From a virus: a stretch of 64,000 nt of DNA. Below, one piece after another: positions 1 to 9,480 of the stretch; position 1 is the first letter of the stretch, and every line of letters begins with the position of its first letter. The position numbers and the translations under genes are program-made. The notes beneath the pieces were generated by a model. The model searched no databases. It saw only the letters and a list, made by a program, of their open reading frames with translations, and had not been told where the DNA came from. The DNA lies in the IMG/VR virus record IMGVR_UViG_3300010384_000002, one strand, 5' to 3'.

Positions 1-85
1 TCGGCACCGCCGTGGCCGAGCCGTACGCGCCGGCCGTGACCGCCGTGTTGGCCAGCGCGATCGTGGGGTTGCCCGCCACGCCGTC
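1..85 (-). repeat. Intragenic direct repeat, copy B (identical to 697-781)
   Basis: 85/85 nt identical, offset 696 nt (232 codons), within the tail fibre gene. Confidence 0.9.
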
Positions 86-1309
86 CGGGTTGGTGACACC
101 GATGCCCGTGCCAGCGGCGATCGAGCGCGCAGCCACCGCGCCGGCGCCCGTGCGCGTGACCATGCCGGTCGTTGCAAGCCCGGCCACGGCTGTGAGCGTG
201 GCATTCAGGGTCTGCGCATCCGTGATTCCATAGCCGGCCAGGGTGGTGGGCTTGCTGGTGATGTTGGCGAACGAATGGTTGTGCGAGTCGTCCGCGATCA
301 CCACCGGGATGGTGATGTTTGTCGATCCATCGAAATCGGCCTGCCCGGTGGCATCGCCGGACAGCGAGATGGTTCGCGAGTTGAGCAGGCGCGAGGTGGT
401 TTCTGCATTGCCGCTCAACTGGCCCGTGGTCGCGATCGTGACGCTGTTCGTTGCGGTATCCCACGACAACGAGACGTTCGCCCCAGCCTTGATGTTGAAC
501 AGGGCGCTCGACAGCCAGTCCAGCTTTTTGATCGTGCCGTCACCGATCTGCAGGGTGTGCGTATGCGACGTGGATGCCGCATCCGTGATGCCGTAGCCGG
601 CCACGGTCGTGGGTTTGCTGGTGATCGAGGCCCAGGCCGGCGCGACAGCGACCGAGCCGGCGGCGGTGAGGCGGCCCTGCGCGTCGACCGTGAAAGTCGG
701 CACCGCCGTGGCCGAGCCGTACGCGCCGGCCGTGACCGCCGTGTTGGCCAGCGCGATCGTGGGGTTGCCCGCCACGCCGTCACCGTTCGTGACGCTCATG
801 GCGTTGCCGGCGGTGATGGTGCGCGCCGCGATCACGCCCGCCGCCGTACGGCCGATCAGACCATTCGATGCGAGGTTCACGACGGCCGAGATGATGGCCG
901 GGGTGCCCGTGAGATTGCCGAATGCGTGCTGGTGGCTGTCGTCCACCACCGTAACGGTGATGGCGGCGTTCGAGCTGCCGTCGAAGGACACCGAGCCGGC
1001 GGCATCGCCCGTCAGACTGAGCGTGCGTGCCGTGGCCAGCTTCGTGGCGCTGCCGGCGTTGCCGGTGACGTTGGCCGGCAGCGCCGCATTGGCGTCCAGG
1101 CGCAGGATCTTGCCTGCCGCCGGTGCCGTGACGATATCGGCCGCCGTTGCATCGGCCGTGGCCTTTGCGGCGTTGGCCGTGGTCGTGACGGTGGTCATAT
1201 CCGTGTCGATCATGCCCAGCGCCGTGCGCAGGCGCGGGTTATCGAACGACAGCGCGTTATCCGTATGCGGCAGCGGATAGAGCCGGGTGATGGTGCTTTG
1301 ATCGTACAT
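1..1309 (-). CDS. Tail fibre protein, N-terminal ~436 codons (3' end runs off the window)
   Basis: My own reverse translation from ATG 1309 (MYDQSTITRLYPLPHTDNALSFDNPRLRTALGMIDTD...) stays open to nt 1, so it is absent from the ORF track. Repeated GDAxG..FDGSxN, DDSHxH and ITSKPTTxAGYGITDA motifs are typical of phage tail fibres. It is the last gene of the tail module. Confidence 0.8.
   Translation of the reverse strand, partial: MYDQSTITRLYPLPHTDNALSFDNPRLRTALGMIDTDMTTVTTTANAAKATADATAADIVTAPAAGKILRLDANAALPANVTGNAGSATKLATARTLSLTGDAAGSVSFDGSSNAAITVTVVDDSHQHAFGNLTGTPAIISAVVNLASNGLIGRTAAGVIAARTITAGNAMSVTNGDGVAGNPTIALANTAVTAGAYGSATAVPTFTVDAQGRLTAAGSVAVAPAWASITSKPTTVAGYGITDAASTSHTHTLQIGDGTIKKLDWLSSALFNIKAGANVSLSWDTATNSVTIATTGQLSGNAETTSRLLNSRTISLSGDATGQADFDGSTNITIPVVIADDSHNHSFANITSKPTTLAGYGITDAQTLNATLTAVAGLATTGMVTRTGAGAVAARSIAAGTGIGVTNPDGVAGNPTIALANTAVTAGAYGSATAVP
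697..781 (-). repeat. Intragenic direct repeat, copy A
   Basis: Identical to 1-85. Confidence 0.9.
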
Positions 1310-1324
1310 AGGCCGCCGTCAGAA

Positions 1325-2530
1325 TCAGGTGAGCGAGATGCGCAGGTTGCGGATACGCGGGCGCGCCGCCGGGGTGCCCGTCAGGGTGAGCATGAACCGC
1401 AGCTGCGCCTCCGTGACGTTGGACGCGCGGAACGAGTACTCGTACAGGTTGTCGCCCAGCGGTACCGGCGCCACGTCCTGCGTCAGGTTGATCCAGTTGT
1501 CGCCGGCATCCATGCCCTTGTAGGCTGGAGCTACGCTGGCGCCCGATGGGATGATGGCGTCGAACATCAGATGGATATTCGTGCCGGTGACATCGGCCTG
1601 CATCACGGTGGTGATGTAGGTACCCGAGGCGGCGAGCGAACCGGCGCCCAGGTAGCTGCCCGGCTGGAGCACGCCAGAATGCGATGTCACGGCGTTCAGA
1701 ACCGCCTTGACGTTCACCGCGCCGGTGATCTTACTGGCCAGGGAGATGACCTGGCCCGGACCAGCGTTGTACTGCTTGCCATCCGGCAGCGTGATCAGGT
1801 AGCTGCCGTCGGCACCTGGCAGTGCCGATTCGATCGAGCCTTTCACCTGCAGCTCGGAGGCGTTGGTGACGTTGACGCTGCCCAGGTTGATTTGCCGCGT
1901 CGCTTCGGTGTAACGCATGCCCACCAGACGGAACACCAGATCGCGGTCCTGATGCGCGGTCCAGGTCGAGGCGTTCGACGAGGACAGCATGACACCCACC
2001 GAAAACGGCTGCGCCGACACCCAGCGTTGCGTCGACGAGTCGTATTTGCCCAGCTCGGCCAAGGCGACGGATGCCACGTTGTCGGTGGTGAGCACGACGA
2101 TGGCATATTCGACGTTCGGCGCAAGCGCTTCCGGCGCCGGGAAGGTGAAGCGATTGTAGTCGTTTGCCTTGAGGGAGGCCGGCTGCAGGATCGCCTCGGC
2201 CAGCACCACTTGCGACGGCACCCCGTACCCGGTTTCGCGCAGCTGCACGCGGATCGGTTTCGTGCCCTTGTCGGTCAGGAAGATGTCGACCGCCTTGATC
2301 TGTTCCGGGGCACCGAGCGTGAACGTTTGCGCCACCGGATCGTAGCGCGTGACGATCGTGGTGGAAACGTTCTGCTTTGTCGTCGTGGTGACGGAACCGT
2401 CCCCCACATACACGGCGCCACCACGGCTGCCCTGGTCGCCCAACACCAGAACCTCTTTTTTCCCGGCTGGGACGTTCGCCGGGATGGTGAACTTGCCGTT
2501 GATCTGGCCGTTGCTATCTGCTTGAATCAT
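1325..2530 (-). CDS. Tail/baseplate-associated structural protein (function not recognised)
   Basis: 401-aa ORF with a GGGGAG SD about 7 nt upstream of ATG 2530 and balanced composition. It lies between the DUF4815-like gene and the fibre gene. Confidence 0.7.
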   Translation of the reverse strand: MIQADSNGQINGKFTIPANVPAGKKEVLVLGDQGSRGGAVYVGDGSVTTTTKQNVSTTIVTRYDPVAQTFTLGAPEQIKAVDIFLTDKGTKPIRVQLRETGYGVPSQVVLAEAILQPASLKANDYNRFTFPAPEALAPNVEYAIVVLTTDNVASVALAELGKYDSSTQRWVSAQPFSVGVMLSSSNASTWTAHQDRDLVFRLVGMRYTEATRQINLGSVNVTNASELQVKGSIESALPGADGSYLITLPDGKQYNAGPGQVISLASKITGAVNVKAVLNAVTSHSGVLQPGSYLGAGSLAASGTYITTVMQADVTGTNIHLMFDAIIPSGASVAPAYKGMDAGDNWINLTQDVAPVPLGDNLYEYSFRASNVTEAQLRFMLTLTGTPAARPRIRNLRISLT

Positions 2531-2547
2531 TTATGTTCGCTCCCCGG

Positions 2548-4533
2548 TTAAACGGCGACCGGCGTAACCGGGACGCCGTCGAAAGTCATGGTTTGAAGGT
2601 TTTCCAGCGGGCTGAAACCGTCGATCGTGAACAGCACGTCGATCTGGCGCACGTACTGGAGGGGCTTCGTCGTGGTCGAAATCACTTTCGTGGTGGTGGT
2701 GGTGGTCGACGACGTGAGAACCCCGTAGCCTTGGTACATGGTCGACGTTTCATCGCTGGTGAACGACGTGACGGACTGGGTATAGTGGTCCGCCGGCGGA
2801 TTCAGCGCGACCGAAGCCGGGATCGGGTCGAAGGCGGCATAAGGGTTGATCTGCATGTCCCCCGTGCGCGCGCTCTGCTCCATCACGGTAGTCAGGGTGG
2901 CATTCAGCACCACCGGCACGTTCGTGTCGCTCGGCAGGCGGGTCATCGTGGCCGCAATCGGCAGCACGAGCTCGCCATCGACAATCGCGGCGGTCTGTGC
3001 CATGCCCGCGTCGCGCAGGCCGTCGCCGGTGAATGGGTCCACGAACAGGCCCTTTTTCGCGGCGGACGAGCGCGAGTTCGCATCGGACGTCAGGCGCTGC
3101 TGCGCGATGAGATCGGTGAGCACGTCCAGGCGCGTGTTCATGCTCTCGATGTCGCTCATGGACATCACACGCGAGCCATCCTGCGTGAGGGTGGTCGTGT
3201 TATCCCAGTTCTGGTAGACGCGGGCCAGGGGCAGGTAGAGATTCGGCACTTGCGGCGCGATCGGGTTGAAATCCGTCGACGTGCCCGTGATCCACTGGAA
3301 AGCGCCGTCTTGCGTGAGGCACAGACGATCGATGCGCGGCATTTTGACGTTGTAGGACGTCTGGATCAGCGTGCCGACCACGGCGCCCGTCACGGTAAAG
3401 CCGATGGCGTCCACGGCCGTGGGCGTGACCGACGTGATGTACTGATAGATGACCTTGTAGGTCGAACCGATATCCACCTCGGCGCCGGACAGGGACCAAT
3501 CGATTTTCTGGCCGGTGAGCTTGAAGTCGACGCCATCCACGAAGTTCACGCCGCCAGTGAAGCCGGACAGGTCGCCCTTGACCGTGCCGCCCTGGTTGAT
3601 CGCCACAATCTTGACGATCGAGCTATCGGGGATCGGGTCCTGCGCGCCGGTGAATGAACCGTGCACGATGTCGGCCGACTTCTGCGCCGTGATGCGCACC
3701 TGCGTGATGTTCGCGACCGGCGTGCGGTCGAACGTGACGCGCTGCGCGCCGATGGTGGTCGACAGCCAGGGCTCGGAATCGATGAAGCGCAGAACGGGCG
3801 TGGCCGCGTAGGCCAAGCGCCGCGCGGTGGCCATGTCGACGGCAAAGCCGTTCACGCGCGCCGAGCCGGCGTCCACGCTGTATTGCTGCGCGCCACCGCT
3901 GTCGGCCAGCTTCGTGACTTTCAAGCCCGAGACGACGTAATCGCCGCCCGTGGAATCGCGGTCGTAGCGGGCGATCGCCTGCGACACGGAGTCCAGCTGC
4001 GGCGGCGTGGTCTTGATGCGCAGCACGCCATAATCCGACGTGTAGACCGGGTAGAACTCGCCGGTTTGGCCATCGGACGCGCCAGCGGCCTGCCAGCCCC
4101 AGGAAGTAGTCACCTGCAGGCGGCCCGCGCCCGGCTCCTGATAGTTGCGCACTTCCGTGGCCGGGTCGCGCAGGTTCGGGTCCTGCAATTCGGTGATCGT
4201 GGTTTCGATCAGGTAGATGCCGATGACGACGGTTTTGTCGATCGGGATGGTGAAGTTGCGGGCAGCGACGGTGCGCACGGCGCCGCGCAGGTACACCGAG
4301 CCGGCCGCGCACTTGGTAGCGCCGGTGGTGGACGTGATGACGACGCCGGCGTCCTTGATCAGGTCACCGTCCTTGAACAGCGCATCGGACACGCCCTTGA
4401 GGCGGTCAATGATGGAGGACTGAATTTCGTTGAGCTCGGCGCCCTGCAGCACATAGCCCGAGCGGAACAGATGGCGCTCGTACTTCTTCGCAGGGTCGAA
4501 GCGGTTGTAGTAGTGAAGGAGATTGTCGGCCAT
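2548..4533 (-). CDS. DUF4815-like phage structural protein
   Basis: 661 aa. The N-terminus MADNLLHYYNRFDPAKKYERHLFRSGYVLQGAELNEIQS matches my recollection of the DUF4815 family. It sits downstream of the baseplate wedge genes. Confidence 0.7.
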   Translation of the reverse strand: MADNLLHYYNRFDPAKKYERHLFRSGYVLQGAELNEIQSSIIDRLKGVSDALFKDGDLIKDAGVVITSTTGATKCAAGSVYLRGAVRTVAARNFTIPIDKTVVIGIYLIETTITELQDPNLRDPATEVRNYQEPGAGRLQVTTSWGWQAAGASDGQTGEFYPVYTSDYGVLRIKTTPPQLDSVSQAIARYDRDSTGGDYVVSGLKVTKLADSGGAQQYSVDAGSARVNGFAVDMATARRLAYAATPVLRFIDSEPWLSTTIGAQRVTFDRTPVANITQVRITAQKSADIVHGSFTGAQDPIPDSSIVKIVAINQGGTVKGDLSGFTGGVNFVDGVDFKLTGQKIDWSLSGAEVDIGSTYKVIYQYITSVTPTAVDAIGFTVTGAVVGTLIQTSYNVKMPRIDRLCLTQDGAFQWITGTSTDFNPIAPQVPNLYLPLARVYQNWDNTTTLTQDGSRVMSMSDIESMNTRLDVLTDLIAQQRLTSDANSRSSAAKKGLFVDPFTGDGLRDAGMAQTAAIVDGELVLPIAATMTRLPSDTNVPVVLNATLTTVMEQSARTGDMQINPYAAFDPIPASVALNPPADHYTQSVTSFTSDETSTMYQGYGVLTSSTTTTTTKVISTTTKPLQYVRQIDVLFTIDGFSPLENLQTMTFDGVPVTPVAV

Positions 4534-4541
4534 GTTTTGCC

Positions 4542-5024
4542 TTAGAAGGTGACGACGAATTCAAACGTCTGCCGGACGGCAGGGTTTCGAGAAAACTTCT
4601 TGATGCGCTCCAGCGCCAGCATCTGGCCGGTGCTTTGCAGCTGGGCCAAGGTGAAATACTTTTGGCCGGCCGGCAGGCCCGGCTTGACGACGGTGCCCAG
4701 GAACACGGCCACCTCGCGGATATCCGAGGCGGATGCATCCGTGAAATCGAAGTTGAAGCGCATGTAAAGATTGTTGGTCGGGTCATCGCTCACCGAGAAC
4801 CGGCCATTGGGGACCACGATGTCGCCGGCCGGATCGGGCGTGCAGTACAGCCACTGGGTCAGCTCGCGGCGGCCAATCTCCGATTCGAGTGCGGTGGCCA
4901 GCAGCGGCTCGGGTTCAGGCGTGGCGTCCCACGAGTCCTTGCCAGTACCCCAGGCCATGTGCAGCGGCATGTTTGCGATTGCGCGCGCGACGGCGGCGCG
5001 GCCAACGTTGACGAGAATTGCCAT
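4542..5024 (-). CDS. Hypothetical tail-module protein
   Basis: 160-aa ORF with an AAGGAG SD 6 nt upstream of ATG 5024. A GTCGTGAC motif lies 29 nt upstream. Confidence 0.7.
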   Translation of the reverse strand: MAILVNVGRAAVARAIANMPLHMAWGTGKDSWDATPEPEPLLATALESEIGRRELTQWLYCTPDPAGDIVVPNGRFSVSDDPTNNLYMRFNFDFTDASASDIREVAVFLGTVVKPGLPAGQKYFTLAQLQSTGQMLALERIKKFSRNPAVRQTFEFVVTF

Positions 5025-5054
5025 AGAAAGCTCCTTTTATGGTTGAGTATGTAG

Positions 5055-6524
5055 TCACGACTGCGGCTGAATACCGCCGCCCCAAGGCGTGACGTCTTGC
5101 CAATCGGTGGTGTCGTCCTGATCCCAAACACCGCCGCCGTAGAAGCCCCACAGGTACGGTTTAGGCTCCAGTACGCCAGCCAGGGTGGTGACTTCGGCGT
5201 GCACTTCCTCGATGCCGAGCACGGCAATGGTGGTTGGCAGGTTGGCCAGGACCGGGCCCATGGAACGGATCTCCTCGATGCCGAACGAGGCCAGCGCGCC
5301 ACCGAAGTCTTGGAATGCCACGGACCCGGCGTACAGCTCGGTGATTTCGTTGACCATGCCCAGGTAGATGCGGCCCTCGTAATCGGACAGGCGGTGTTCG
5401 CCCAGCGTCATGAAGTCGGGAGGCTGAATCCAGTAGGAGCGCGGCAGCACGGCATTGATCGCGCCTACCGGGTCGCCCTCGGACAGCACGATGTTCGCGC
5501 GGCGCACGTTGCGGCGTGTTTCATCGAACGAGCTGGGGTCGGCCAGCGGCGTGACGTTGGAAATGGTGATGAGCTCGGCCATGCTCACCTCCCAGTTCGT
5601 GGCGCTCGGCTCGACCTCGCCCAGCGCAAACGCATCCAGGCGGCCGCCCACGTCGTTGAACGCCTGCAGCGACATCGTGTGCGTGTGCCCGGTCAGAACG
5701 GTCTGCTTGATCTTCGCGTCGACGGACATACGGCCCAGGAACTGCGGCGGCGCCACGATCACGCCGGCGGCGCGGCTGCGCTCCACCACGGTCATGATCG
5801 CGTCCCAATCAGCCTCCTCGGCCGTGACGGGCTGGATCACGTTGTGCGTCCAGTAGGTGCCATCTTCCATGTGATCGTCGCCGGACAGCTGCGACCCGCC
5901 CAGGATGAAGGTGTTGCGCCAGGGCTCATAGATTTCGACGTTGTGCCCGGTGGCCACCTTGACGGCGTTTTCGATCGCGTACTTGCTCACGCGCGGGCGC
6001 AGGGTTTCCGCGATGATGCGCAGCCGGTAGGCCTCGTCCAGCTCGCCGTTCAGGCGCACGAGGCCAAAGTAGTCCCCCCACACGTCCAGCAGCTCGGCGC
6101 TGGCCGTGCCCAGGTACAGCTGCCGCAGTGCAGTTACGCAATCCTCGCGCGCGTCCTCCAGCACGATGGCAAAGGCATCCAGCACCGAAAACAGGATCGA
6201 GTCGTAGGCGCGCAGCACGTCGCCGTTCGCGTCCGACTGGCGCGCGCGGCCCGCCAAGAGCGTATCGGCGGCGCGCTGGGCCATATCCGCGTTCAGGTAG
6301 ACCACGCGGCAGCCAGCGTCCTCGATCTGGCCGGCCAGATCGGTCATGGTGATGCCCCGTAGCGCGATGGTGGCCAGCTGGGCGCCGGCCTCCGTCCCCA
6401 GCGTGAGCACCCGGTCCGCGATCGCCCAGGTGACGCGGCTCGGGTGGGTAATGCGCAGGGCGATTTGCGCGTTCGGGTTCTTGTCGAACGCGCTGTAGGT
6501 GAAGTCGAGGAGGCGATCAAGCAT
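5055..6524 (-). CDS. Baseplate wedge protein (P2 gpI / Mu gp48-like)
   Basis: 489 aa. The LLDVWGDYFGLVRLNGELDEAYRLRIIAE motif resembles baseplate tail-protein-I families. It follows the baseplate J gene. Confidence 0.6.
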   Translation of the reverse strand: MLDRLLDFTYSAFDKNPNAQIALRITHPSRVTWAIADRVLTLGTEAGAQLATIALRGITMTDLAGQIEDAGCRVVYLNADMAQRAADTLLAGRARQSDANGDVLRAYDSILFSVLDAFAIVLEDAREDCVTALRQLYLGTASAELLDVWGDYFGLVRLNGELDEAYRLRIIAETLRPRVSKYAIENAVKVATGHNVEIYEPWRNTFILGGSQLSGDDHMEDGTYWTHNVIQPVTAEEADWDAIMTVVERSRAAGVIVAPPQFLGRMSVDAKIKQTVLTGHTHTMSLQAFNDVGGRLDAFALGEVEPSATNWEVSMAELITISNVTPLADPSSFDETRRNVRRANIVLSEGDPVGAINAVLPRSYWIQPPDFMTLGEHRLSDYEGRIYLGMVNEITELYAGSVAFQDFGGALASFGIEEIRSMGPVLANLPTTIAVLGIEEVHAEVTTLAGVLEPKPYLWGFYGGGVWDQDDTTDWQDVTPWGGGIQPQS

Positions 6525-7632
6525 TCAGCCACTCCACGGTGAGCGTGCCCAGCTTGAGCACTTCGTTGGCGCCGCACACGATGTTCGTGTTGTTGTCGGC
6601 CACCGCCTTGAGCACGCCGGACAGCGTGAGGGCCGCGTTGGTGAGCTGGGCCACCTGCATCGTCTCGCCCGAGGCAATGGAATCGAATTGCGTGGTCAAG
6701 AGCGTGGCAATCTGGTTCTTCATCGCCGTAGTGCCGGCAAGGCCGGACGCCAGCGTGACGTGCAGCGACACGTTCACGATGCGCTCGGACATCGGCAATA
6801 CGCGCCCTTCGACGCCGCCGGCGACGTAGCCCGGCACGGCGGTGCCGTCCGTGTCGCGGTAGCCGTCCACGATCTTCTGCGCGGCCGCCAGAAGGGCCGC
6901 CGACGGAACGCCCGAGCTGCCGTAGATGTAGACGTCAATCCGGCCGGGCACCTCGCTCGACCCCACGCGCGACACGTACTCGATCAGATCGCCCCGGCTG
7001 TTCTTGATCTGCGCCTGCTTGACGGCGTACCGGACCGAAACGCTGGTGCCGCGCGACAGCGACTGGATGAACTCGGCAAAGCGCGCCTTGCGCTCGGATT
7101 CGGTTTGCCCATCGTTGCCGCTCGTGAATGCCGGGTTGGTCAGCACCGACCCGATCGGGAATGAATAGCCCTCCGTGGACGTGATGGCGTTGGCGCTGAC
7201 GTTGCCCACCGCGCCCTCGGTGGCGCACACGACGATGATGTCGACGGCCGTCGCGCCCACGGGCACCAGCTGGGCGGCCAGCGCGGTGAACTTGAGCGTG
7301 CCGGTGCTGGCGGGCGCCACGAACACCGTGCCGGCCGGGACCGTGAATGCGTCCACGATCGGGCCGCCGAATTGCACGTGCACGGTACCGCGCGCGGCAG
7401 CCGGGCCGACCAGGTCGAAGCCGAAGGCCTTGTAGATAGCCGTCGGGATCGCATCGAGCGTGCCGGCGAGCATACGCTGGTACAGCTCCTCGATTTCGAT
7501 GGCGGGGGCCTCCAGCAGCGTGCGGATGGCCGATCCCACCTCGAAGTCGGTAATACGGGTTTGTGAGGCCCGCACCTGATTGGCCATCGAGGCCGTGATG
7601 GAAATGAAGTCTTTAAGCTGGAACGCGGTCAT
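6517..7632 (-). CDS. Baseplate J-like protein
   Basis: The real start is MTAFQLKDFISITASMANQVRASQTRITDFEVGSAIRTLLEAPAIEIEELY at ATG 7632, in an ATGA overlap with the upstream stop. The track ORF 6517..7725 is over-extended. N-terminal pattern is typical of the Baseplate_J family. Confidence 0.75.
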   Translation of the reverse strand: MTAFQLKDFISITASMANQVRASQTRITDFEVGSAIRTLLEAPAIEIEELYQRMLAGTLDAIPTAIYKAFGFDLVGPAAARGTVHVQFGGPIVDAFTVPAGTVFVAPASTGTLKFTALAAQLVPVGATAVDIIVVCATEGAVGNVSANAITSTEGYSFPIGSVLTNPAFTSGNDGQTESERKARFAEFIQSLSRGTSVSVRYAVKQAQIKNSRGDLIEYVSRVGSSEVPGRIDVYIYGSSGVPSAALLAAAQKIVDGYRDTDGTAVPGYVAGGVEGRVLPMSERIVNVSLHVTLASGLAGTTAMKNQIATLLTTQFDSIASGETMQVAQLTNAALTLSGVLKAVADNNTNIVCGANEVLKLGTLTVEWLNA

Positions 7633-8243
7633 CAGAGCACCGTAGAAAAATTGAGGGGCCGGCCAGAGATGGGCACCACCTGCGACACGATGCGCAGCGC
7701 TGTGCCCTCGATCGTTGCCGTGCACGAGGCCTCGGCCACGCGCGAGTCCTCCAGCAGAGAGGATTTGGCGTACATGGCCGCCAGGGATGCCACGGCCGGG
7801 CTGAGCTTGCCGCCCTTGAGCTGGGGCGCGAAGTTGCCGTATTCCGGGTGGTAGGCCAGCTCACGCTTGACCACCTGCAGCCGGGTCTTGAGCGCTTGGA
7901 GTAGGTTGTCCATGCCGCCCACGATGGCCAGATCGCCACCATCGGCGCCCAGCTGGCCGCGCTCGATCAGGAGGTCGCGCCCGAACACGCCGTCCGGATC
8001 GGCGTCGGCGCTGACGTAGGCGGACTGGGAGGGCACCTTGATCAGGTCCCCGGCCACCAGCACGCCGTCGACGCGCTCGGTCTCGGTCTGGACGATGTAG
8101 GGCGGGCGTAGGCTGTTCAGGGTGGCCAGCTCGACCCAGCGCGCGGCCGTGCCCAACTCGCGCAGCGACAGGCGGCGCAGGTCGTCGCCGTAGCGGATCT
8201 CCGACAGGCGGACGTTCGGGGCGTCTTTCTCAAATGTAGGCAA
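7632..8243 (-). CDS. LysM-like + gp25/GpW-like baseplate protein
   Basis: The C-terminal two thirds of track ORF 7632..8426 has real composition: SEIRYGDDLRRLSLRELGTAARWVELATLN (LysM-like), then GGMDNLLQALKTRLQVVKRELAYHPEYG (gp25/W-like). The proposed TTG start at 8243 has a GGGGG run 6 nt upstream. The exact start is uncertain. Confidence 0.6.
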   Translation of the reverse strand: MPTFEKDAPNVRLSEIRYGDDLRRLSLRELGTAARWVELATLNSLRPPYIVQTETERVDGVLVAGDLIKVPSQSAYVSADADPDGVFGRDLLIERGQLGADGGDLAIVGGMDNLLQALKTRLQVVKRELAYHPEYGNFAPQLKGGKLSPAVASLAAMYAKSSLLEDSRVAEASCTATIEGTALRIVSQVVPISGRPLNFSTVL

Positions 8244-9435
8244 CGGTGGCCCCCATGATCTTCGTTTGGCCAGCGCCGGCCGCCGCGATCGCCGCGTTGA
8301 CGGCTTCGGTCGAGATGGCGGCACCCGCGCCGATCGATTCGAGCAGGCCGGCCGTGGTGGTGGTGCTGGGCGGGTTGAGCAGGTCGACCGACGACAGCGT
8401 GTTGACGGCCGCCTCTGCCTGCGCACTCATCGACACGGGCGAGGCCTGCGCCGGGAACAGGGACGGGAACACGTTCACGTCCGCATACGGCGACGCCGGG
8501 CGGCCGCCAGCCGTCGAGGAGCAGTTCGAGGCGCCATACAGGGCCGAGTAGTCCGGCAGCGTGGTGGGTGCCTTGATCGCGTTGTGCAGGAGGCAGTTCG
8601 CGTTGTTCAGGGCGGCCTTTACCTCGATGAAGTCGCGCTTGACCGACAGCGGCAGCGAGCGCGAGGACGAGGCGATCGCCATCACGTTGGTCGACACCTT
8701 CGTGAGGTCGCGCGCCACCTCCAGCACCGGCGCAAAGGCGCTGCTGGAGACGTTCTTGCCGGCGGCGGCAAGCGCGCGCACGTTGGTGAGCGCCGTGCTG
8801 GTGAGGCCCAAGACCTGCTTGACGCCGCGCGAGAGTGGCCCGAGCGCGGTGGAGATATCGGCCTTGATGTTGGCGGCGAACGTGTTGATCTTGGCGATCG
8901 AGCCGGCCAGCGAGGAGTCCGCGGCGCCGATGTTGGTGCTCTTAGCCGGCTGGATCACGACGTCATCGGCCAGCTTGGTCAGGCTGATCTGGTACTGGGA
9001 CAGCAGCGGCCGCGAGCGGTTGCGGCGCAGGTTGAACACCTGCGGGCCGACCACCCAGGCGAAGTCGTTGAGGCCATCGGAAAAGATCAGCTTGACGCCG
9101 TCCGGGTCCTTGCCCTCCTCCACGGCCTTCGCGCGCAGCTCGTGGTAGCGCTGGAACACGGTCTGGTGCAGCTTCTGGAACTGCTCGAAGCCGTCAGGCA
9201 GGCCGCCGGCGCCCCAGCCGGTGGTGCCGGAAATCGTGCACGTGGCCAGGCCGGGGCCGGCCGTATCCGCCCAGGCGCCGCCGAGAGTCTGGACCACGGC
9301 CATGTTGGACGGCTCGGACCGCACCAGATCCTCGGGGCGAATCGAGAGCGTGAAAACCTCCGTCGGCGCGCCGTGAACAGTGTCGTTCAGGGCGAACGCG
9401 ATGGGGCGAAGTTCGGGGGCTTGGGATCGTGGCAT
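8230..9435 (-). CDS. Tail/baseplate hub-region protein (unassigned)
   Basis: 401-aa ORF between the spike and W-like genes. A GTCGTGAC motif lies 14 nt upstream of ATG 9435. Confidence 0.65.
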   Translation of the reverse strand: MPRSQAPELRPIAFALNDTVHGAPTEVFTLSIRPEDLVRSEPSNMAVVQTLGGAWADTAGPGLATCTISGTTGWGAGGLPDGFEQFQKLHQTVFQRYHELRAKAVEEGKDPDGVKLIFSDGLNDFAWVVGPQVFNLRRNRSRPLLSQYQISLTKLADDVVIQPAKSTNIGAADSSLAGSIAKINTFAANIKADISTALGPLSRGVKQVLGLTSTALTNVRALAAAGKNVSSSAFAPVLEVARDLTKVSTNVMAIASSSRSLPLSVKRDFIEVKAALNNANCLLHNAIKAPTTLPDYSALYGASNCSSTAGGRPASPYADVNVFPSLFPAQASPVSMSAQAEAAVNTLSSVDLLNPPSTTTTAGLLESIGAGAAISTEAVNAAIAAAGAGQTKIMGATVAYI

Positions 9436-9480
9436 GATCCCATCGTGCTGTCACGACCAGGGGCCGGGAAGGCCTCGAAA

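Noticed and set aside
275-2551. Very long plus-strand ORFs antisense to real genes: 275..2551, 2533..3657, 5097..6362, 8266..9498, 10377..11963, 11729..14920, 17206..18768, 27211..28767, 33891..35750, 39298..41214, 41576..43426 and 47388..52118.
   Set aside because: Their translations are dominated by Arg, Gly, Ala, His and Val, with no recognisable motifs. They are the mirror frames of well-supported minus-strand genes in a ~65% GC genome, where stop codons are rare. They lack SD sequences and coupled starts.
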